From Candidatus Latescibacterota bacterium (GTDB lineage Bacteria; Latescibacterota; UBA2968; GCA-2709665), in NCBI GenBank assembly GCA_965226795.1, contig CBDDDZ010000005.1, positions 2,592,001 through 2,656,000 of the forward strand: 64,000 nucleotides of DNA. The letters are read 5' to 3'. Numbering within the stretch: the first letter of the stretch is position 1; the number at the start of each line of letters is the position of its first letter. The notes under the pieces were generated by a model, which saw nothing but the letters and a program-made list of their open reading frames with translations, made no database searches and was not told where the DNA came from. This document shows positions 57,964 to 64,000 of the stretch, piece after piece. Both the position numbers and the translations under genes were made by a program.

Positions 57964-59635
57964 ATGATCGAAAGACCTGCTGCCGATCGGGTTGCTCATC
58001 GTCGTAGCCAAGCTTCTCGAGTGCCTCCTCGACCGGATTGGCATGAGTTCGATCGCCGCCTACACGGCGGCCGGGATTCTCCTCGGGCCCGTCGCCGGGA
58101 TCGTTGTACCCACGAGCAAGCTTCAGGTCTTCCTGGGCATCGGCGTCTTCATCCTCTTCTTCCTTGTCGGCCTCGACGAGATCGACATCCCCGGCTTCGT
58201 GTCAACCATCCGGGGGCGTTTTTTTTATGCCGCTACACTGTCAGTCGTGATCTCCATGGTTGCGGCCATGATCGTGACATCGGACCTGTTCGGGGTCGAT
58301 TTGCCCTGGAGCTCCATTTCAAGGATGCGCTGGCACTCGCCGGCATCCTGTCGATGTCAAGCCTGGGGCTTGTGGCAAAGGTACTCGCAGACAAAGGATA
58401 CCTTAAAGAACCCCTTGGCCTCGAGATATTTACCACGGTGATCATCGCCGAGATGATCACACTCCTGGTGGTGGGATTCAGCATCGGCGAACATACCATC
58501 GGCGCACACGACCATCTCATGGGCGCCGTCAGCGTGGTATTTCTGCTCGCGGAAGTCGCGGCTTTCGCGGTCGTGGCGTGGATTCTGTCCGCCAGAATTA
58601 TGCCGACGACGATTCTCTATCTGAAACGAATCTTCAACGTCCCCGAGTTGTCGTTTGGGCTGCTGATCGGCGGCCTTTTTCTCATGGTCGTCGTGGCCGA
58701 AGAGGTGGGCCTGCACGGGTCTCTGGGAGCTCTGCTTTTCGGCGCGGCACTATCGGGCCTGCCGCGTCAGGTGCACGACGACATTATGCCCGGCATTCGC
58801 AGCGCGGCGGAGGGCCTTTTCGCTCCGCTCTTTTTTTGCCTTGGCCGGCTTGCGCCTGGACTTGTCCTTTGTTTCTCTGCCATTGGCGACCATTCTCGCC
58901 GTGCTGATTATTCCCGCTGCGGGAAAGTTTGCGGGCGCACTCATCGGCGCCTACGCGGCTCGACTCGACAAACCCTACGCACAGGCGGCCGGACTGATGG
59001 CCAAGGGCGTGGCCGAGATCGCGCTGCTGCTCGTCCTCCTGGAAAACAACGTGATAGGACAGGACGTGTTCTCGCTGGTCGTGCTCGTAATGTTCGGATA
59101 TATCGTGCTGATGCCACCGGCAATTACCGCGGCAGTTAACCGAGCGCGTAAGACCCACCGCCCCTCGCCGCCGGAGGTCGTGCCAACTTCCTTCGCGCGC
59201 CGCGCCCTGGACGATATTACAGCCGGTCACGTGCTGGACCCGTCCCGGTCCTATCCCGAAGCATCACTGTCTATCAGGAAATTTGCCGATGATTGGATCG
59301 CGCCGCATCAACAGGATTACGTCGTGGTCGACAATGGCGACGTTGTGGGGATCGTGTCGCCATCCCGATTGACATCAGTCCCCATGGGTTCCTGGGCGGA
59401 TACACCGCTGCAGAATGTACTGCGAACGGACCCACCGCATGCCGTAACCGACGAGCCCATCGAAGACGTTCTTCAACAGATGTCGCGTCATTCATTGTCG
59501 GTGATACCGGTCCTGGATAAGGACTCGGACAAGTTCCTGGGTACTATAACCAGCCACGATGTCGTCGACCTCGTCATTCTGATGGATGAAATCGCCGACG
59601 AGTTGGAGCAGATGGACGACAAAAGGACAAAGTAA
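57964..59635 (+). CDS. Cation:proton antiporter (CPA2) with C-terminal CBS pair; three apparent homopolymer frameshifts (about 57972, 58301, 58834)
   Basis: GILLGP, FLVGLDE, LGALLFG, PLFF, GKFAG, AKGVAE, followed by CBS domains. Confidence 0.82.
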
Positions 59636-59748
59636 CCCCACTTTTTCTACAGATCCACTTATGGGGCAGCGTCCGGATGTCAACCCGCTAACGCGCGTCT
59701 GCCGGATTCGACAATGCAGGTAACCATCCTATCGTGGGGTATTTCGAA

Positions 59749-60918
59749 ATGTCCGCACTCCCATACAAGATCCTGGTGGTGGACGACGAGCCCGACCTCG
59801 AACCGCTTATGCTGCAGCGTATGCGGCGTCCGATTCGCAAAGGCCGCTATACGTTCGTGTTTGCGCACAACGGGATCGAGGCCCTCGAGCGGCTTAATGA
59901 AGACGACACCATCGATATGGTGCTCTCCGACATCAACATGCCCCAGATGGACGGCCTTACGCTGCTCGAGCAAATCCCCAAGGTGGATCCGAATATCCGT
60001 TCCGTGATTATTTCGGCGTATGGCGACATGAAAAACATCCGGATCGCGATGAACCGGGGCGCGTTCGATTTCGTCACCAAGCCCATAGATTTTTCGGACC
60101 TGCAGGTGACTATTGATCGAACGATGCACCATCTGATCGAGTGGCGGGAGGCGCTCGAATCGCGCGACAAGCTGATCGCGTTGCAGAACGAGCTCGACGT
60201 TGCCAGTAAAATGCAGCAGTCGATTTTGCCCACACGGTTTCCGGAGAACCTCACCTATCAGGCATTCGGGAGCATGGAACCCGCTCGCAACGTCGGCGGC
60301 GACTTCTTCGACATCATCGGGCTCGAAGACGGACGCATCGGCATCGCAATCGCCGATGTCTCGGACAAGGGGGTGCCCGCGGCGCTCTTCATGATGTCAA
60401 GCAGGACGGTACTTCGGGGTGCGGCAATCGGGACCATCAATCCCGGAGAGGTCCTTTTCGAAGTCAACAATTCACTCTGCGAGAACAACGAAGCCGCCAT
60501 GTTCGTCACCGTCTTCTACGCGGTCTTCGATCCCGCCAATCGTCAGTTCGTGTATGCCAACGGCGGGCACAATTCGCCGCTCATCGTCAACGCGGACGGA
60601 CAAGCGACCAGGCTACCCCTGACGGGCGGCATTGCCCTTGCAATGTTGCCTGACATCGAATACGGATACAATTCGGTCACACTCGCACCCGGCGATACGG
60701 TTGTCCTATATACGGACGGTGTCACCGAAGCCATTAACGACGTGGAGGAAGAGTTCGGGATGCAACGCCTGCATAACGTCTTCGCGGGCGCACCTCCACA
60801 GGACGCCCGCGAAGCCAATGACGCGGTCTTTGAGGCCGTGAGAGGATTTGTAGGCGACACTCCCCAATTCGACGATATAACCTGCGTTACGTTCCGGTAC
60901 AGGGGGGCGGAAGCGTGA
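59749..60918 (+). CDS. Response regulator receiver + PP2C/SpoIIE phosphatase (RsbU-like)
   Basis: ILVVDDE, SDINMP, FVTKP; VGGDFFD, IADVSDKG, YTDGVTEA, DDIT. Confidence 0.93.
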   Translation: MSALPYKILVVDDEPDLEPLMLQRMRRPIRKGRYTFVFAHNGIEALERLNEDDTIDMVLSDINMPQMDGLTLLEQIPKVDPNIRSVIISAYGDMKNIRIAMNRGAFDFVTKPIDFSDLQVTIDRTMHHLIEWREALESRDKLIALQNELDVASKMQQSILPTRFPENLTYQAFGSMEPARNVGGDFFDIIGLEDGRIGIAIADVSDKGVPAALFMMSSRTVLRGAAIGTINPGEVLFEVNNSLCENNEAAMFVTVFYAVFDPANRQFVYANGGHNSPLIVNADGQATRLPLTGGIALAMLPDIEYGYNSVTLAPGDTVVLYTDGVTEAINDVEEEFGMQRLHNVFAGAPPQDAREANDAVFEAVRGFVGDTPQFDDITCVTFRYRGAEA

Positions 60919-61334
60919 GCGCGAAACAATCCTTTCGTATCGAGGCCAACCTCGACGAACTGCGTCGGGTCGCCGCCGCTGCCGAAGAACTCGGGCTGCA
61001 GGAAGATTGGTCGCCCGCGCTGGTTCATCAGATTGACCTCGCCATAGAGGAAATCGGCAATAACATTGTCCGTCACGGTCTCGACGGTGGACCTGGCGAG
61101 ATCGAGATCACGTTGACCTCGGACGACGATTCGATCACCCTCGAGATCGCGGACGACGGCCGGCCCTTCAACCCCTTGAAAGACGCGCCGAAACCCGATC
61201 TGGAAGCGGCGCTCGAAGATCGGCCAATCGGTGGACTCGGCATTCACCTGGTGCTGACAATGATGGACGAGATGCACTACCGGCGAGAGAAAGAACGGAA
61301 CCACCTTACGCTGGTGAAGCGGAGGACCCAATGA
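60915..61334 (+). CDS. Anti-sigma factor / Ser-Thr kinase (RsbW-like HATPase)
   Basis: LAIEE..NIVRHG, DDGRPFNP, GGLGIHLV. Confidence 0.92.
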   Translation: MSAKQSFRIEANLDELRRVAAAAEELGLQEDWSPALVHQIDLAIEEIGNNIVRHGLDGGPGEIEITLTSDDDSITLEIADDGRPFNPLKDAPKPDLEAALEDRPIGGLGIHLVLTMMDEMHYRREKERNHLTLVKRRTQ

Positions 61335-62512
61335 GATCGACGTTTCGCCACGGGGTGCGGCTGTTCGTCGCGTGGATTGCGCTTTCGCCCGTCCTGGAAG
61401 GCGCCGAGCTCGAAACCGGCGTCTCGGACGAGCGCATTCTGTTCGGACAGTCCGCCGCCTTCAGTGGCCCCGCCGCGCAACTGGGTACCGACATGAAACG
61501 CGGTATCGAAGCTGCGTTCCAGGAGATCAACCGGCGCGGGGGTGTCCACGGTCGTCGTTTGGAACTCATTTCTCGCGATGACGCATACGAGCCGGAAGCA
61601 GCCATCGCAAACACCCTGTATCTTATCAAAGAGGCAAAGATCTTCGCGCTCATCGGCGCCGTGGGCACGCCGACGTCGCGCTCAGCTACCCCTGTCGCCG
61701 CCGAATCCGATATTCCCTATATTGCCCCGTTCACGGGTGCGGCGTTCCTCCGGGATGCAAAGTGGAACAACGTGATTAACCTGAGGGCGTCGTACAACCA
61801 GGAGACGGAGGAGATGATCGCTCGGCTGACGGGCGACCTCGGCATAAAGCGTATCGCCGTCATGTACCAGGACGATTCCTTCGGCCGGGCCGGCTACCGC
61901 GGCGCGCGACGTGCACTCGAACGGCGGGGAATGGGGGCGGTGGCCGTGGGGTTGTATCCGCGAAACACCACGGCAGTTAAAACGGCACTGCTCGACTTGC
62001 GCATGGTGAACCCCGAAGCGGTGATCCTGATTGGCGCGTATGAACCGGTCGCGACCTTTATTGCATGGGCGCGGCACATCGGCATGGACCCCGTTTTCAT
62101 TACCATCTCTTTCGTAGGCAGCAACGCGCTCGCCACGCAGTTGGGTGCCGCCGGAACCGGAGTCTACGTCACTCAGGTCGTACCGTTTCCAGCCGACGAC
62201 TACTTCCCCGTCGCAACCGCCTACCGCCGGGCACTTTCGGCCTTCGATTCCGATGCTGTTCCGGGTTTCGTTTCCTTCGAAGGGTACCTGGCCGGCCGTC
62301 TGGCCATAGCCGCTCTCGAACGCTGTGGCCCGGAGGTCAGCCGGGCTTCTTTTCTCAACAGTCTCCGCAGTACCAAAATCGTCGATATAGACGGATTCGA
62401 ACTGCGGTATGGCAGCCAGGATAATCAGGGGTCGGATGCCGTTTTTCTGACCATGATAGGTCGTGACGGCCGCTACTATCCAATCGATACGCTCCAGGAA
62501 ACGGTGCCGTGA
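61331..62512 (+). CDS. Periplasmic ligand-binding protein (PBP type 1, LivK-like)
   Basis: FGQSAAFSGPAA.LG, DDAYEP, VGTPT, RASY.QE, SFEGY. Confidence 0.88.
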   Translation: MRSTFRHGVRLFVAWIALSPVLEGAELETGVSDERILFGQSAAFSGPAAQLGTDMKRGIEAAFQEINRRGGVHGRRLELISRDDAYEPEAAIANTLYLIKEAKIFALIGAVGTPTSRSATPVAAESDIPYIAPFTGAAFLRDAKWNNVINLRASYNQETEEMIARLTGDLGIKRIAVMYQDDSFGRAGYRGARRALERRGMGAVAVGLYPRNTTAVKTALLDLRMVNPEAVILIGAYEPVATFIAWARHIGMDPVFITISFVGSNALATQLGAAGTGVYVTQVVPFPADDYFPVATAYRRALSAFDSDAVPGFVSFEGYLAGRLAIAALERCGPEVSRASFLNSLRSTKIVDIDGFELRYGSQDNQGSDAVFLTMIGRDGRYYPIDTLQETVP

Positions 62513-64000
62513 TCCGTACGCTCAAACATCTGCTCGAGGGCCGCTTCCGCATCGCCGCGCAACTCTATCTGGGAATCGGAGGCGCCGTTGCCATAACCAT
62601 GGTCGCCAGTATGGTCGGGTGGTTCTCATTCGATCTCGTGGGCGACATCCAGAACCGTGTGAACGAGGGTAGCGTGCCGGAAATGGCCGCCGCCTTCGGA
62701 GTCGCCCGGCAGAGTGGTACTCTGGTCGCCGCTGCACCCCGTCTGACCGCGGCGGCAACGATGGATGACTTCGTCCGCGTAAAGGCAGATATCGCCGAAG
62801 AGCGCAAGGCCTTCGAAACACTGCTGGCAGCCCTGATGCACAGGGGCATCAGGAAAGAAGGCGAGGAGCGTTACAGACGAATTCACGACTATGCCGCCGC
62901 GCTCACGTCCAACATCGAAGCCATCGAGCGAGAGGTCGGCGAGTTGTTCGAGGTCAGCGCGCGCAGCGAAGCACTGCGTGCTGAATTGTCCAATTTGCGG
63001 GGCAAATTGTCCGGCATGCTGATTCCGGCCATCGACGATCAACTCTTCTACACGATGACAGGCTATCGTACAATAGGCCAGCCGCCCGCGCCCCGCGAGC
63101 GGCATTTTTCAAATGATGAATTAGATCGGTACCGCCACCTGGCCGATTTAAAGGCCGATGCCACCATCGCGACACAGCTCATGTCAAGTTCATTCAATCT
63201 GTCGGACGCCCTCCTGCTGGAACCGCGGCGGGAGCGGTTTGAGGCTGCTGCCGGGCGTATCGAGCGGAGCTTGTCGGCGCTGGGTACATCCCCGTGGCGC
63301 GATCAGATCGCCCCGCACCTGAACCGGCTGTTCGAGTTGGGTCTGGGGGAACAGGGCGGATTCGATCTGATCGTTCGTGAGTTCGCGCTCGCCGAGCGGC
63401 AGCGAAACCTCCTCCAGGACAACCTGAACCTCGAAATCAAACTCGGCACTGAAGTCGAGGGTCTCGTCAGTGCGGCCCGGGAGCGGACGCAAGAGGCCAC
63501 GCGGGCATCCACCCAGGCGATCGGGACCGGACGCAGTGTTCTGCTTGGACTGAACGTGGTTAGCATCACCGGAGCCGTGCTGATCGCGTGGCTTTTTGTG
63601 GGTCGGGTGTTGTTGCGCCGGCTCGAACGCCTGTCGAACAGGATGCGAGGTATGGCCGATGGCGACCTGGAAGCCAAGGTCGATATCAGCGGCAACGACG
63701 AAGTCGCCGATATGGCGGCGGCTCTGGAGGTGTTCCGGCGTCACGCCCTGGAAGTCCAGCGCCTGAACCTCGTCGAAAAGCTGGCCGAGGAATTGCGGGA
63801 TAAAAACGAACAGCTCGAAACCGTGCTCGTGGACCTCCGGCGGGCGCAGGACCAGATTGTGATGCGCGAAAAACTGGCGGCGCTTGGCGAACTGACCGCC
63901 GGTGTCGCACACGAGATCAAGAACCCTCTGAATTTCGTCAAGAATTTCTCGGAGGTCTCCGTGGAACTGTTGGAAGAACTCCAGGAGGAACTCCAGGAGA
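62509..64000 (+). CDS. Sensor histidine kinase (TorS-like periplasmic domain, HAMP, HisKA), truncated by the window end
   Basis: Open frame from GTG 62509, not in the ORF track: TM1, SVPEM..LVAAAPRL, TM2, HAMP GDL..GNDEVADMAAAL, LAALGELTAGVAHEIKNPLNF. Confidence 0.9.
   Translation, partial: MIRTLKHLLEGRFRIAAQLYLGIGGAVAITMVASMVGWFSFDLVGDIQNRVNEGSVPEMAAAFGVARQSGTLVAAAPRLTAAATMDDFVRVKADIAEERKAFETLLAALMHRGIRKEGEERYRRIHDYAAALTSNIEAIEREVGELFEVSARSEALRAELSNLRGKLSGMLIPAIDDQLFYTMTGYRTIGQPPAPRERHFSNDELDRYRHLADLKADATIATQLMSSSFNLSDALLLEPRRERFEAAAGRIERSLSALGTSPWRDQIAPHLNRLFELGLGEQGGFDLIVREFALAERQRNLLQDNLNLEIKLGTEVEGLVSAARERTQEATRASTQAIGTGRSVLLGLNVVSITGAVLIAWLFVGRVLLRRLERLSNRMRGMADGDLEAKVDISGNDEVADMAAALEVFRRHALEVQRLNLVEKLAEELRDKNEQLETVLVDLRRAQDQIVMREKLAALGELTAGVAHEIKNPLNFVKNFSEVSVELLEELQEELQE

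Overview
A GC-rich, 64 kb chromosomal window from a Gram-negative bacterium. The gene types (GWxTD-TPR protein, peptidase-PD40-Omp85 protein, many lipoproteins) suggest an uncultured FCB/Latescibacterota-like lineage, which is inference only. In order it holds: a ceramidase-like gene, tRNA-Thr(CGT), transaldolase and GGPP synthase; a probable sigma54-driven lipid synthesis/export operon (TolC, NTP-transferase/CDP-alcohol transferase fusion, MlaC, MMPL, a duplicated membrane protein, GMC and Gfo/Idh/MocA oxidoreductases); envelope genes; LysR and a short-type adenylosuccinate synthetase separated by an IS1380 element; convergent hydantoinase A and B genes with an NCS2 permease; ilvB; an ECF sigma/anti-sigma operon with three Spy/CpxP-like genes, one broken by an IS1182; a type-2 valS; and a partner-switching cluster with an SBP-coupled sensor kinase. 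Most notable: (1) four tiny (19-30 bp) palindromic insertions with shared CTGYCTG...CAGRCAG ends and GC duplications inside the IS1380 transposase; (2) Val-rich leader-peptide attenuators before both ilvB and valS; (3) the MMPL-MlaC-TolC lipid cluster; (4) a hybrid promoter created by the IS end; (5) a candidate ECF-dependent sRNA with an anti-SD loop; (6) a shared lipoprotein N-terminal module on two unrelated cargos. Several single-base frameshifts, mostly in homopolymers, look like long-read assembly errors. No CRISPR array or rRNA was seen.
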